A DNA stretch of 64,000 nt from an uncultured Gaiellaceae bacterium (GCA_963811885.1 CAWETB010000015.1:550122-614121); one strand, 5' to 3'; counted from the first letter of the stretch, positions 1 through 11,439 are shown. A program made the numbers and translations. Notes: generated from the letters alone by a model not told the origin.

Positions 1-1
1 T

Positions 2-622
2 GGGGCTCAGATCGTTGGCGTCCACGACGATGCCGTAGTTCGAGAACCCCCGCGCGACGAGGCGCCGCAGGATCAGGCCGGAGGGTTGGCGAGCCACGAT
101 TGCGGCCGAAACGACACCGTTACCCCTCAGCGTCGAGTCGAGCACAGCGGAGTTTCGTCCGGTGCCCCAAACCTCGATGATCGCTCCATCCACGGTCCTG
201 GAGCGAGTCTTGACGTCGAACACGATTCCGCGGACGAGACCGCCTCCCCGTCCTTCGTTCCCGCCGAGGCTCAGGCCCGCCTCGAGGACAACCGTGCCGA
301 GCCTCGCTGCGTAGAGGCGATGGCCGTGGGGGTTCAGGAAGGGTCGCGGGCTGCGGTACGTGCCGGGCGCGAGGACGATCCGCCGCGCGTGGCGCCGAGC
401 GAGTGCCGCTCGGAGCTCGGCCGAGGTCGAGACCCGCATCGCCCCCTCCGGCACGCGATATGTGGACGGCGGCAGCGGCGGTGTCACGTGTAGCGGTGGC
501 ACGGGCGGCTGCGCCCGCGGGAGCGTCGACTCCGCTTCGGTGACCGGCGCCGGCCCGGCTGATCCGTTCGCCCCGAGCCCGGTGAGACAGAGTGCGAGAG
601 CAGCGCCGACGCTCGGAGTCAC
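2..622 (-). CDS. exported parallel beta-helix-like protein, or C-terminal domain of the upstream ORF (partial, runs off the left edge)
   Basis: Minus-strand frame absent from the ORF track because it has no stop before position 1. Signal-peptide-like GKRRTLVTPSVGAALALCLTGLGANGSA, a Pro-rich linker, then VSTSAELRAALARRHARRIVLAPGTYRS...GIVFDV...GIVVDAN, which resembles N-termini of pectate-lyase-fold proteins. Candidate GTG at 620-622. Confidence 0.4.
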   Translation of the reverse strand, partial: MTPSVGAALALCLTGLGANGSAGPAPVTEAESTLPRAQPPVPPLHVTPPLPPSTYRVPEGAMRVSTSAELRAALARRHARRIVLAPGTYRSPRPFLNPHGHRLYAARLGTVVLEAGLSLGGNEGRGGGLVRGIVFDVKTRSRTVDGAIIEVWGTGRNSAVLDSTLRGNGVVSAAIVARQPSGLILRRLVARGFSNYGIVVDANDLSP

Positions 623-2059
623 CAGGGTCCGGCGCTTGCCGCGTCCGGCCCGTGGCGCTCCCGGCGGTTCGATCCGATGCTCGCGCGGCCCCAGCCCGAG
701 GACGACGAAGAACGTCTTGGCGCACACGGCAAGGTCGATGACCAGGTTCCGGTGGCGCAGGTACCAGAGATCGTACGACAGCTTGACGGCCGTGCTGTCG
801 CAGTCGGCGGCGTATCCGGAGCGCACTTGCGCCCAGCCGGTCATGCCCGGCTTGACGAGCAGCCGCCTGCCCCAGGAGGGAACGACACCCTCGAGCAGTT
901 CGATGAACTCCGGCCGTTCCGGGCGCGGCCCGACGATCGACATGTCTCCCCGAAGAACGTTCAGCAACTGCGGAAGCTCGTCCAGGTGCGTGCGCCGCAA
1001 CAGCCGGCCGACGCGTGTGGCGCGAGGATCGCCGGCACTGGCCCAGACCGGCCCGCCCACGCCTTCCGCGTCGGCGCGCATCGTCCGAAACTTGTAGATC
1101 CTGAACAACCGCCCGCGCTCGCCGATCCGCGTCTGCCGGAAAATGATCGGCCCCGCCGTTGTCGCAACGAGCAACGCAATGACGAGCAGCACCGGCGCGA
1201 GGACGACCAGCGCGAACGAGGCGAGCGCGACGTCGAATGTGCGCTTCGACCAGCGGGCGGAGACCCGCTGACGAAGATGGATCAGGCTCATGAACCACGA
1301 GGGCGTCAGGTACGGAACGGGTACACGGCCGAACGCCCATTCGTAGAAGCTCAAGAGCCCGACCACCCGGAAGCGGCGGCGCGGGATCTCGAGCAGGCGC
1401 TCGACGGCGGCGTCGCACTCGGGGCTGTCCGCGAGCACGATCAGTTCCGGGTGAACGGTCTCCACGATGGTCGGCAGGTCCACCAACGCTCCCATCAGCG
1501 GGACTCGCTCCGAGCTCGGCACAGATGCGTTCCCGACGGTGCCCACGACGTCGAAGGGCACGCGAGTCCTCCGTACTTCCTCGACGAGCGCGTCGGCGAT
1601 CCCAGGCGAGCCGACCACGAGCACGCGCCACTGAGTCATACCCGCCCGGCGCACCAGCCACTCCCAGACGGAGACCAGGCCGAAAATCGCGGCCGCGGTC
1701 GCGAGCAGCCTCGGGACGGTCAGTCCCAGCCCAGGGACCCATTCGTTCAGCGCCGAGGCGAGAACGAGGCCCGTGACTGTGCCGATCGCCACGGTGATGG
1801 TCGAGTCGACGGTGTAGTGCCCGGCAGCGAAAGCGCTGCGAAAGGCGAGGATCCAGGCCGCGGCCAGAAGCGAAACGGTCAGCAGGCCATTCGGAGTGCG
1901 ATCGTCCAGGTAGCCGGCGTAGACGGCGAGCCAGACGAGGAATATGCGGCCACTCTCCGCGAACGCCCTCCCGACTGCGCTGTCGTACGACCGCCCCAGA
2001 GCATCCGACGAGGGACCCGCATGGTCTGCCGGGAGGCGCGCGGACAGGGAGGCGGTCAC
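619..2059 (-). CDS. polyprenyl-phosphate glycosyl-1-phosphate transferase (bacterial sugar transferase, WbaP/EpsL-like)
   Basis: Own translation of the unlisted minus frame: N-terminal TM helices, then MTQWRVLVVGSPGIADALV, then SARWSKRTFDVALASFALVVLAPVLLVIALLVATTAGPIIFRQTRIGERGRLFRIYKFRTMRADAE...DELPQLLNVLRGDMSIVGPRPERPEF...KPGMTGWAQV. GTG at 2057-2059 is the first start after the in-frame stop at 2183-2185. The 3' end is uncertain: there is no in-frame stop, and TGA 619-621 lies in the adjacent frame. Confidence 0.85.
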
Positions 2060-2075
2060 GGCCCGGTCCGCCTGC

Positions 2076-2921
2076 TCACGCCCTCCTCCGCCTCCTGGTC
2101 GTGGAGGAGAACCAGCCCGCCAGACACACCAGGTAGAGGAGAGCCACCAGCAGTCCCAGTTGGAGGAGCAAGCGGTTGTCCCTCATGTGCTCCACCGGCA
2201 GGGCCGCCGCGCGGACCGGCGATCCGGCGGCGAGAGCGGGCCGAGGCGTCGTGGGACGCGGCAGTTGACGAATGACATCGGATAGCTTCACGACGGCGGC
2301 CCGCGTTTCTTTCTTCCGCTGCGCGATCGCGGGTCGTGGGATCTCCGCTCTCGCCACCATGAGCTTCGGGTGAGCGACGTGCCGCGTAGCCCTCGTCTGA
2401 ACATGCACCGCGCTGGCCGCCGCTGTATGAACCGGTCGAGGTCGCTCCGGTGCTGCCGCTCGAGGCGCCGGGGCCTTCGTCTCGGATGTGTCGGCCGCAT
2501 CGACGTCCCTCTCTCCACCGGTGCAGCAGCCGGTTGAAGCGTCGCTCGGTGTGGTCTGCTGCGGCTTCGACCCGGCCACGTCGATGCTCGGCGAGGTGCC
2601 TGCACTCGAGACCGACACCGAGACCTCCACGCTCTCGGTCGACACCGAGACGTCGACGGCCCCGGTTTGAACGTTCACCGAGATGCCCGGGATGCTGACG
2701 TCCACCTGAACAGCGATGGTCGGCATCGTCGGCATCGCCGGCGGCTGCGGAGCATCCTCCGCCCCGGCCGTCGCGACGTGTGTCGCGAGCACAAGAACGG
2801 AGGCGGCCACCAACGTGCCGATCCATCGACTTGCAGCCGAGCTCGCAGAACTACGAGCTGACGGCCTGCAGGTACTGCCGATCGACGCGCCGCCGCAGCA
2901 ACGATTTACCGACACCGCCAC
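2076..2921 (-). CDS. hypothetical membrane-anchored repetitive protein
   Basis: 281-aa ORF. N-terminal hydrophobic segment WIGTLVAASVLVLATHVATAGA, then V-x-V-S-V type repeats (QVDVSIPGISVNVQTGAVDVSVSTESVEVSVSVSS), a Pro-rich middle, and a C-terminal TM LLLQLGLLVALLYLVCLAGWF followed by RRRRRA. Lies directly upstream of the sugar transferase. Confidence 0.5.
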   Translation of the reverse strand: MAVSVNRCCGGASIGSTCRPSARSSASSAASRWIGTLVAASVLVLATHVATAGAEDAPQPPAMPTMPTIAVQVDVSIPGISVNVQTGAVDVSVSTESVEVSVSVSSAGTSPSIDVAGSKPQQTTPSDASTGCCTGGERDVDAADTSETKAPAPRAAAPERPRPVHTAAASAVHVQTRATRHVAHPKLMVARAEIPRPAIAQRKKETRAAVVKLSDVIRQLPRPTTPRPALAAGSPVRAAALPVEHMRDNRLLLQLGLLVALLYLVCLAGWFSSTTRRRRRA

Positions 2922-3089
2922 GGGCTCCGCCCTCGTTGCTTGTGTCGAACGTTGCAGAGTGAGGACGGGAAGTCAATGCGATTCCGAAAAACCTACCCAC
3001 CCTCCGGACCGGTGCTGGGCCGGGATGCTTCCGGACGGGGCGAGCCGCAGATCGGCGGCCCGCTGCAGCTCGCCCTGTTGCCAATTGTC

Positions 3090-3992
3090 TCACGGTTCAG
3101 CGCTCTTGTGAGCGATCAGCTGATCGAGAATCGCATCAGCCACTTCTCCCGCCGGCCGTTCCGCGTCGACCATGACGATGCCCGGGATCCGGCGCATCCA
3201 CTTGCGCTGGTAGGCGGCGAAGCGGAGCGTGGCGCGCTCGAGCTCTGCGATCGCCTCCTCGCGCGGCAGCGTCCGCACGGCGTCCAGGCCGAGCACCTGC
3301 GGCGCCACGTCGCCCGCGGCGCGCACTTCGTCCTCGACCCCCTGCTCGAACATCGTGCGAGCGCGTGCGCCGATGCGAGCGGCCAGCGTCTCGCGCGACA
3401 CGTCCAGGCCGACGACGGCGGCCGGCAGCCGCAGCTCGGCGGTCCAGAGGCGTGGCTGCTCCGGTACGAGCGTGCCGCCCGCCTGCCAGAGCTCGAGCGC
3501 CCGAACGACGCGCTTGCGATCGTTCGCGTGCACACGCGCGGCCGCACGCGGGTCGCGCCGCTCCAGGATCGCGTGTGCCGTCTCGGCGCCACGGCGGTCG
3601 TAGAGACGCTCCCAGCGCGCCCTGGCGCCCGCCGGGACGTCGGCCGGCAACTGGACGTCGGTGAGCGCCGCCTGGAACCAGAGCCCGGAGCCGCCGACGA
3701 CGATCGGCGTCCGCCCCGACGCGGCAATCTCGTCGATCGCCGCGTGCGCGAGTGCCTGGTACTCGCCGACTGTCCCCTGGCGGTCGAGCGGCCAGATCCC
3801 GACGAGCCGTGCGCCGGCGTCCTGGTTCGTCAGGATCGGCAGGCCGCGGTAGACCTGCATCGAGTCGGCGGAGACGAGCTCCGCCGGGATCCGCTCCGCG
3901 ATCGCCTCGGCGACCGCCGTCTTGCCGGACGCCGTCGGCCCGAAGATGCCGAGAACGCTAGGAGGGGTCGGCTGCGACTGTCTTCCAGCCAA
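3090..3992 (-). CDS. miaA: tRNA dimethylallyltransferase
   Basis: P-loop GIFGPTASGKTAVAEAIA, ELVSADSMQVYRGLPILTNQ. 300 aa, TTG start. Confidence 0.93.
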   Translation of the reverse strand: MAGRQSQPTPPSVLGIFGPTASGKTAVAEAIAERIPAELVSADSMQVYRGLPILTNQDAGARLVGIWPLDRQGTVGEYQALAHAAIDEIAASGRTPIVVGGSGLWFQAALTDVQLPADVPAGARARWERLYDRRGAETAHAILERRDPRAAARVHANDRKRVVRALELWQAGGTLVPEQPRLWTAELRLPAAVVGLDVSRETLAARIGARARTMFEQGVEDEVRAAGDVAPQVLGLDAVRTLPREEAIAELERATLRFAAYQRKWMRRIPGIVMVDAERPAGEVADAILDQLIAHKSAEP

Positions 3993-4007
3993 CCGAGTCG
4001 CCCTCGT

Positions 4008-4982
4008 TCACGACCGGCCGGTCTCTCGTCCGGGTTGGCGGCGCGATGCTCCCGGAACCAGGCGACGGCACGCGGGATGCCGTCGTCGAGCGGCACCTGA
4101 GGCGTCCACCCGAGCAGATCGTGCGCCTTGCGGATGTCGGCCACGTAGCGCGTCACCTCGCCGAGCAGCGACGGCGCGATCGTCATCCTTCGGCTCGACG
4201 TCGAGCTCGGCCGCGATCAGCTCGGCCGCGCGGACGAGCGTGTTGCCCTCTCCGAACGCCAGGTTGATCGTCTCGTTCGTGACGCGGCCGTCGACGAGCG
4301 CCTCGATCCCGCGTGAGATCCCGTCGACGCAGTCGTCGACGTAGGTGAAGTCGAGCACCTTGTCGGCGCCGCCGAACACCGTGATCGGCTCGTCGCGCGA
4401 CATCGAGTGGATGAAGAGCGGCAGCACGCGCGACATCCGGTGCAGGTCGTTGTCGTAGCGCCCGTAGACGTTCGAGAAGCGGAAGGCGACGTACTTGAGG
4501 CCGTAGCAGCGCGCGTAGGCGTAGATGAACGCCTCGCTCGCGATCTTCGAGGCGGAGTACGGGCTCTCCGTGAAGGCGAAGTCGGCCGTCTCCTCCCCGT
4601 AGCCCTCGAAGCGGTGGACGTCGCCGTACACCTCGCGCGTCGAGGAGAAGACGAGCGGCAGCCGGCGCTGCCGGCAGTACTCGAGCACGTTGAAGGTCAT
4701 CATCGTGTTCTCGAGCGCGCGATGCGGGTGCGCGACGAGCTGGTGCACCTTCGCGTGCGCCGCCAGGTGCACGACGACGTCGGTCTCGGGATACGGGACG
4801 CCGCCGATCCCGTCCGGGAAGGCCGGATACTGGCCGGAGAGGTCCTGGATCAGGTAGCGGAACTCGTCGGTCCAGGTGTTGACGCGCTGGTCGACTCCGA
4901 AGACCTCGTGGCCGTCGGCGAGGAGCCGCAGCGCCAGGTTGGTGCCGATCTGCCCCGACGAGCCCGTGAGCAGGACTTTCAC
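4008..4982 (-). CDS. NAD-dependent epimerase/dehydratase (frame broken by a compensating indel pair)
   Basis: VKVLLTGSSGQIGTNLALRL Rossmann motif and YSASKIASE catalytic motif in the frame of ORF 4008..5552. The C-terminal MTIAPSLLGEVTRYVADIRKAHDLLGWTPQVPLDDGIPRAVAWFREH is in the frame of ORF 3830..4186. Shift out near 4187-4190. The original frame must be regained before the TGA at 4008. GTGA overlap with the miaB stop at 4979-4982. Confidence 0.8.
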   Translation of the reverse strand: MKVLLTGSSGQIGTNLALRLLADGHEVFGVDQRVNTWTDEFRYLIQDLSGQYPAFPDGIGGVPYPETDVVVHLAAHAKVHQLVAHPHRALENTMMTFNVLEYCRQRRLPLVFSSTREVYGDVHRFEGYGEETADFAFTESPYSASKIASEAFIYAYARCYGLKYVAFRFSNVYGRYDNDLHRMSRVLPLFIHSMSRDEPITVFGGADKVLDFTYVDDCVDGISRGIEALVDGRVTNETINLAFGEGNTLVRAAELIAAELDVEPKDDDRAVAARRGDALRGRHPQGARSARVDASGAARRRHPACRRLVPGASRRQPGRETGRS

Positions 4983-6298
4983 GCGGCCACCGCCGTTCTC
5001 TGCGCGCCGCGCAGCGTCGTCGAGGTCGCGCTCTCGATCAGGACGTCGGCGAGCTCGCCCGGCTGGGCGCTGCCCGCGAAGTTGACGGTGAGGTTGCCGC
5101 GCGTGCGGCCACGGAGGAGCGTCGCGTCCGTCCGGCTCGCGCCCTCGACGAGCACCTCCTCGGTGCTCCCCACACGCGCCGCGTTCTTCTCCGCCGCGAT
5201 CCGCTGGACGACGTCGACCAGCCGCTCGAGCCGCTCGTGCTTGACCTCCTCCGGCACCTGGTCTGCCATCTCGGCGGCCTCCGTGCCCTGCCGAGGCGAG
5301 TAGATGAACGTGAAGGCGCTGTCGTAGCGCACCTCCTCGACGACCGCGAGCGTCTCCCGGAAGTCCGCCTCCGTCTCGCCGGGGAAGCCGACGATGATGT
5401 CCGTGCCCAGCGCCAGGCCCGGGAGCGCGTCGCGGAGCTTGGCGACGAGCGTCAGATAGCGGTCGCGGTCGTACGTGCGGCGCATCGCCTTCAGGATCCT
5501 GCTCGAGCCCGACTGCAGCGGCAGGTGGATCTGCTCGCAGACGGCGTCGCACTCCGCCATCGCGGCGATCACCGGCTCACGGAAGTCCTTGGGGTGCGGG
5601 CTCGTGAAGCGGATCCGCTCGATTCCGTCGACCGCGTCGCAGGCGCGCAGGAGCTCGCCGAACTCGGTCGTGATCTCGGGGCGCAGGTCGCGTCCCCACG
5701 AGTTGACGTTCTGGCCGAGCAGGGTGATCTCCTTGACGCCGTCGGCCGCGAGCTGCGTCACCTCCGCGACGATCTCACCGGGCCGGCGGCTCTGCTCGCG
5801 CCCGCGGACGGCGGGGACGATGCAGTACGCGCATTTGGAGTTGCAGCCCATCGAGACCTGCACCCAGGCGCTGAAGGAGCGCTCGCGGTGCATCGGCAGG
5901 TCGCCGGCGAAGTGCTCGTGCGTGCCGAAGCGGCCTCGCGGCGCCTGTCCGCCGGCGCCGATCCACTCGCCGAGGTGCGGGATCGAGCCGGGGCCGAACG
6001 CGACGTCGACCTGCGGGTAGCGCTCGAAGATCCGCTCCCGCTGCGCTTCCGCGTAGCAGCCGCCGACGGCGACCACGAGCTCGGGGTTCTGCCGCTTCCG
6101 CGCGCCGGCGTCGCCGAGGTAGGCGGCCAGCTTCGTGTCCGGCTTCTCGCGGATCGTGCAGGTGTTGAAGACGAGCACGTCGGCATCCTCCGGCGCGGTC
6201 GCCTCGCCGAGCCCGAGCGACTCGAGCATGCCCTTGATCCGCTCCGAGTCGTGAGCGTTCATCTGGCAGCCGAAGGTGGTGACGTGGTACCTGCGCAT
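4979..6298 (-). CDS. miaB: tRNA-2-methylthio-N6-dimethylallyladenosine synthase (radical SAM)
   Basis: MRRYHVTTFGCQMNAHDSE, radical-SAM CNSKCAYC, TRAM-like C-terminus. 439 aa, intact. Confidence 0.95.
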   Translation of the reverse strand: MRRYHVTTFGCQMNAHDSERIKGMLESLGLGEATAPEDADVLVFNTCTIREKPDTKLAAYLGDAGARKRQNPELVVAVGGCYAEAQRERIFERYPQVDVAFGPGSIPHLGEWIGAGGQAPRGRFGTHEHFAGDLPMHRERSFSAWVQVSMGCNSKCAYCIVPAVRGREQSRRPGEIVAEVTQLAADGVKEITLLGQNVNSWGRDLRPEITTEFGELLRACDAVDGIERIRFTSPHPKDFREPVIAAMAECDAVCEQIHLPLQSGSSRILKAMRRTYDRDRYLTLVAKLRDALPGLALGTDIIVGFPGETEADFRETLAVVEEVRYDSAFTFIYSPRQGTEAAEMADQVPEEVKHERLERLVDVVQRIAAEKNAARVGSTEEVLVEGASRTDATLLRGRTRGNLTVNFAGSAQPGELADVLIESATSTTLRGAQRTAVAA

Positions 6299-6317
6299 CG
6301 GCGGGATCGTACCCGTC

Positions 6318-7818
6318 CTACTTCGCGATCTCGGTCGCCCTGCTCTCGCGGATCACGGTCACTTTCACCTGGCCGGGGTACTCGAGCTGATCCTCGATCT
6401 CGCGGGCGATCTCGTGCGAGAGCAGCACGGCCCCGTCGTCGTCGACCTCGGTCGGCTCGACCATGACGCGGATCTCACGGCCGGCCTGGAGCGCGTAGGC
6501 CTTCGCGACGCCGGGCTTCGCGGTCGCGATCTCCTCGAGCGCGCCGAGCCGCTTGATGTAGTGCTCGAGGCTCTCCCCGCGTGCGCCCGGCCGCGAGGCC
6601 GAGATCGCGTCCGCGGCGATCAGCAGCACCGCCTCGACCGTCTGCGGCTGCACCTCGTAGTGGTGCGCCTCGATCGCATGGACGACGCCCTGGCTCTCGC
6701 CGTAGCGCTTCGCCAGCTGCGCGGAGATGATCGCGTGCGAGCCCTCGACCTCGTGCGTCATCGCCTTGCCGATGTCGTGCAGGAGCGCGGCGCGCTTGGC
6801 GGTCTTGACGCTGGCGCCGAGCTCGCTGGCCATGATCCCGGTCAGGTGCACGACCTCGAGCGTGTGCTTGAGCACGTGCTGGCCGTAGCTCGTGCGGTAG
6901 CGGAGGCGGCCGAGCACCTTGACGAGCTCCTCGTGGAACTCGCCGCACTTGGCCTCGAAGACCGCCTGCTCGCCGGCCTGGCGGACGTGGTCCTCGAGCT
7001 CGGCCTTCGAGAGGTAGTACATCTCCTCGATCCGCGCGGGATGGATGCGGCCGTCCTCGATCAGCTTCTCGAGCGTCGTGCGCGCGACCTCCCGACGGAG
7101 GCCGTCGAATGACGAGAGGACGACGGCCTGCGGCGTGTCGTCGATGATGAAGTCGACGCCGGTGAGGTGCTCGAGCGCGCGGATGTTCCGGCCCTCGCGG
7201 CCGATGATCCGGCCCTTCATGTCGTCCGAGGGCAGCTCGACGACGGTCACGGTCGTCTCGGCGGTGTGGCTCGCCGCCACCCGCTGGAGCGCGTCGGCGA
7301 TCAGCGCGCGTGCCCGGCGGCGCGACTCCGTCCGCGCCTCCTCCTCCTGCTGGCGGACGCTCTTCGCCAGCTCGTGGCGGATCAGGTCCTGGGAGCGCTC
7401 GAGCAAGTGGCGTCTTCGCCTCCGCCACGGTCAGGCCGCCGACGCGCTCGAGCTCGCCGAGCGCCTCGTCCTTCGCCGTCTTCAGCTCCTCCTGGAGCTG
7501 CTTGACGTGCACCTCGCGGTCGTTCAGGCCCTGCTCGCGGCGCTCGACCTCGGTCTGCTTCCGCTCGACCTCGTGCTCGGCGGCGGTGACCTGCTCCTCG
7601 ATCCGGGCGGCCGCCGTCCGCCGGTCCTGCACCTCGCTCTCGATCTCGGCGCGCAGCTTCACCGCCAGCTCGCGCGCCTCGATCTGCGCCTCGCGCCGGA
7701 TCGTCTCCGCCTCCCGCTCGGCCACGTGCACGCGCGAGCCGCTGCGCATCATCAGCAGCCCCGTCGCCACGGCGGCGCCGATCCCGAGTCCAATCAGCGT
7801 CATGACCGCAGTGAGCAT
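6318..7818 (-). CDS. rny: ribonuclease Y (one frameshift near 7406-7412)
   Basis: N-terminal TM plus coiled coil ([14 protein letters not shown]...[17 protein letters not shown]) in the frame of ORF 6475..7854. KH domain ([15 protein letters not shown]) and HD domain (LLHDIGKA) in ORF 6318..7406. Junction reads ...[26 protein letters not shown] lies 9 nt upstream of ATG 7818; an alternative start is at 7854. Confidence 0.92.
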
Positions 7819-8066
7819 GCCGTCCTGCCTCCAGAGGGAGAAGGTGGATTCCACGACGAGCGTCGCGGGTGCTCACATCCGGCGGCAGCCTGCACGGCCG
7901 CGCTCCGGTCTTGGCGCGTCAGATCACGGTCGAGCCGGAGAGTCCTCCCGGGCGTCCGCTGGATTGAAGGTCGGAGTGATTAGGAGAGCCAAGGTTTCAG
8001 AATTCCGGAAAAACACGCTTGTGCAGGAAAAACGTCGAATGGAAGCACTGCCGATCCTATCGCTTC

Positions 8067-8483
8067 TCAGTCCTCCCGCGCAACGACCCACTCGAGCGCA
8101 TCGGAGCCGAATCCGCGCGAGGCCAGGTACCGAGCCGTCTTGACGCTCCGGCCGCGCTGCTCCACGAGCCGGGCTGCACGCTCCCGTTCCGGCTCGAGCG
8201 CCTCGAGTGCCGCCTCGACCTGCTCCGCGGCGACCCCACGCCCCTCGAGGTCGTGACGGATCAAGGCGTCGCCGGAGCCGCGGGCGGCGAGCTGCTCCGC
8301 CCGCGTGCGGGCAAAGCGCTCGTCGTCCACGTAGCCGATCCGCTCGAGTGTCTCGAGCGCCTGCTCCCGTTCTGCAGCCCCGACCCCGCGCTTTGCAAGC
8401 CGCGCGGAAAGCTCCGCGGTCGTCTGGTCGCGGTGGCGCAGAGCGCGAAGCGCCTGCTCGACAGCGTCCGGTTGCTCCGGCAC
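8067..8483 (-). CDS. recX: recombination regulator RecX
   Basis: 138 aa immediately downstream of recA. RecX-type helical repeats (ALRALRHRDQTTAELSARLAKRG, YVDDERFA). Confidence 0.88.
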   Translation of the reverse strand: MPEQPDAVEQALRALRHRDQTTAELSARLAKRGVGAAEREQALETLERIGYVDDERFARTRAEQLAARGSGDALIRHDLEGRGVAAEQVEAALEALEPERERAARLVEQRGRSVKTARYLASRGFGSDALEWVVARED

Positions 8484-8504
8484 GGCGGCGTTCCCTGCCC
8501 TGGG

Positions 8505-9602
<1,098 letters not shown>

Positions 9603-9606
9603 CTGA

Positions 9607-10146
9607 TCAGCCTCCTAGCCGAAATGAGTCGTGCACCTCGTACCGCGCCCCGGACGGGTGCAGACGTGAAAGGAAAGCAGCCGCGTCGGACGACACCCAG
9701 CCCAGCGCCGGCGGCTCCGGCCGCAGCCGCGGGCGCTCGCGAAAGCGGAGGACGGTCACGTGCGGCAGCCACGGTCGCGCCTCGCGCCGGTAGACGCCGA
9801 GCTGCTCGAGCTCGCCGTGCAGGCGTTCTGCCAGCGTTGCCGCGGCACCCGCCTCGTCGGCGAGCGTGAGCATCCCGACCGAGCGTGTCTCGCGGTAGCC
9901 GGTGACGTCGAGGCGCAGCGGCGCCGCGTCGGCGGCAGCCCGCTCGAGCACGCCGAGGATGGCCGGCAGCTCACCTGCCGGCCGGGAGCCGAGAAAGGCG
10001 AGCGTGACGTGCAGGTTCTCGCGCGGGACGATTCGCCCCTGCAGCTCGCGTGCCTGCCAGCCGGCGAGTGCCTCGACCGCGTGCTCCGGCAGCCGGATTG
10101 CGAGGAAGAGGCGAAGCCGCTCATCCCGGCCAACGCTAGCGGCCAT
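9607..10146 (-). CDS. thpR: RNA 2',3'-cyclic phosphodiesterase (2H family, LigT/ThpR)
   Basis: Two HxTx motifs ([19 protein letters not shown]). 179 aa segment at the 3' end of chimeric ORF 9607..11799. ATG at 10146. Confidence 0.85.
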   Translation of the reverse strand: MAASVGRDERLRLFLAIRLPEHAVEALAGWQARELQGRIVPRENLHVTLAFLGSRPAGELPAILGVLERAAADAAPLRLDVTGYRETRSVGMLTLADEAGAAATLAERLHGELEQLGVYRREARPWLPHVTVLRFRERPRLRPEPPALGWVSSDAAAFLSRLHPSGARYEVHDSFRLGG

Positions 10147-10148
10147 CT

Positions 10149-11439
10149 CTACGCGGCTTTGTCTCGATTCTGTTCCAAAAGACGCCGCAGGAGATGCAGC
10201 GACGCCACCACGGCCCGGCGGCGGATCGAGTCGCGGTCTCCGGGGAAGCTGAAGAACCCGCCCTTGCTCGCCTCGGGCGTCTCCGCGTGGAAGTAGACGA
10301 GCCCGACCGGCTTCTCCTCCGTGCCGCCGCCCGGGCCTGCGACCCCCGTCACCGAGACCGCGGCATCGACGCCGAGCCGTTCGCGGGCGCCGCGCGCCAT
10401 CGCCTCGGCCACCTCGGCGGAGACGGCGCCGTGCTCCTCGATCAGCTCGGCCGGAACGCCCAGCTCGCCGATCTTGACCTCGTTCGCGTAGGAGACGATG
10501 CCGCCGGTGACGACGTCCGAGGAGCCCGGGATCGCGGTCAGCGCCGCGGCGACGAGGCCACCGGTGCACGACTCCGCGGTCGCCAGCGACCAGCCGAGCT
10601 CGCGGCAGCGGTCGAGCACGATCTCCTCCACCCCACGACCGTCGGCCGAGTAGAGGTAGCGCCCCAGCCGCTCCGACAGCGCCGTCTCGAGCTCGAGCAT
10701 GCGCGCCCTCGGCGGTCGGCTCCGCCACGAGGTCGACGTGGATCTCGAAGCTGCGGGCGCAGATCGTCACCTCGAGCCCGTCGCCGTCGCCGCCGGCCTC
10801 CTGGAAGGCCTGCGCGACCTGCGACTCGCCGGGGCCGAAGAAGCGCAGGGTCCGCCGCAGCGGCGGCGTGCCCCCGTCGAGCACGCGGCGCACGTCGGCC
10901 GCCTCGAGTGCGCGCGGCCAGAGGCGCTGCAGCTCCGACGGCGGCCCCGGCAGCACGATCACCGGCGTCCCGTGTGCGTCGACGACGAGTCCGGGCGCGG
11001 TGCCGGCGAGGCCGAGGATCGTGGCGGACTCGGGCACGGTCGCCTGCTTGGTGACCCCCTCCGAGAAGTCCGCGTAGGGCCGTTTCATCCGCTCCGCGAC
11101 CATGCGCGAGACACCCTCGATCTGCCCCTCCAGCTCCGCGTCGACGCGCATGCCGAGCCCGGCGACCTTCGCCACGATCGCGACGGTGCGATCGTCGTGG
11201 GTCGGGCCGAGCCCACCGGACGTGGCGACGAGATCCGCGGCGCCCACGGCCTCGGCGACGGCCGCCTCGAGCTCCGCAGGATCGTCGCCGACGACGTGGA
11301 TCCGCGTCGGCTCGACGCCGAGCGCGAGCAGTGAGCGTGCCAGGAAGGGGCCGTTCAGGTCGGTGCGCTCGCCGCGCACGAGCTCGCTGCCGGTGACGAC
11401 GATGACCGCGCGCGGTCGCGCGCCGTTCGCGCCCGTCAA
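10149..11439 (-). CDS. cinA: competence/damage-inducible protein CinA (MoCF-binding domain plus PncC nicotinamide-nucleotide amidase domain; one frameshift near 10701-10706)
   Basis: N-domain VIVVTGSELVRGERTDLNGPFLA...ATSGGLGPTHDDRT lies in ORF 9607..11799. C-domain LATAESCTGGLVAAALT is ORF 10149..10700. TTG at 11439 overlaps the rodZ stop (TTGA). Confidence 0.9.
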
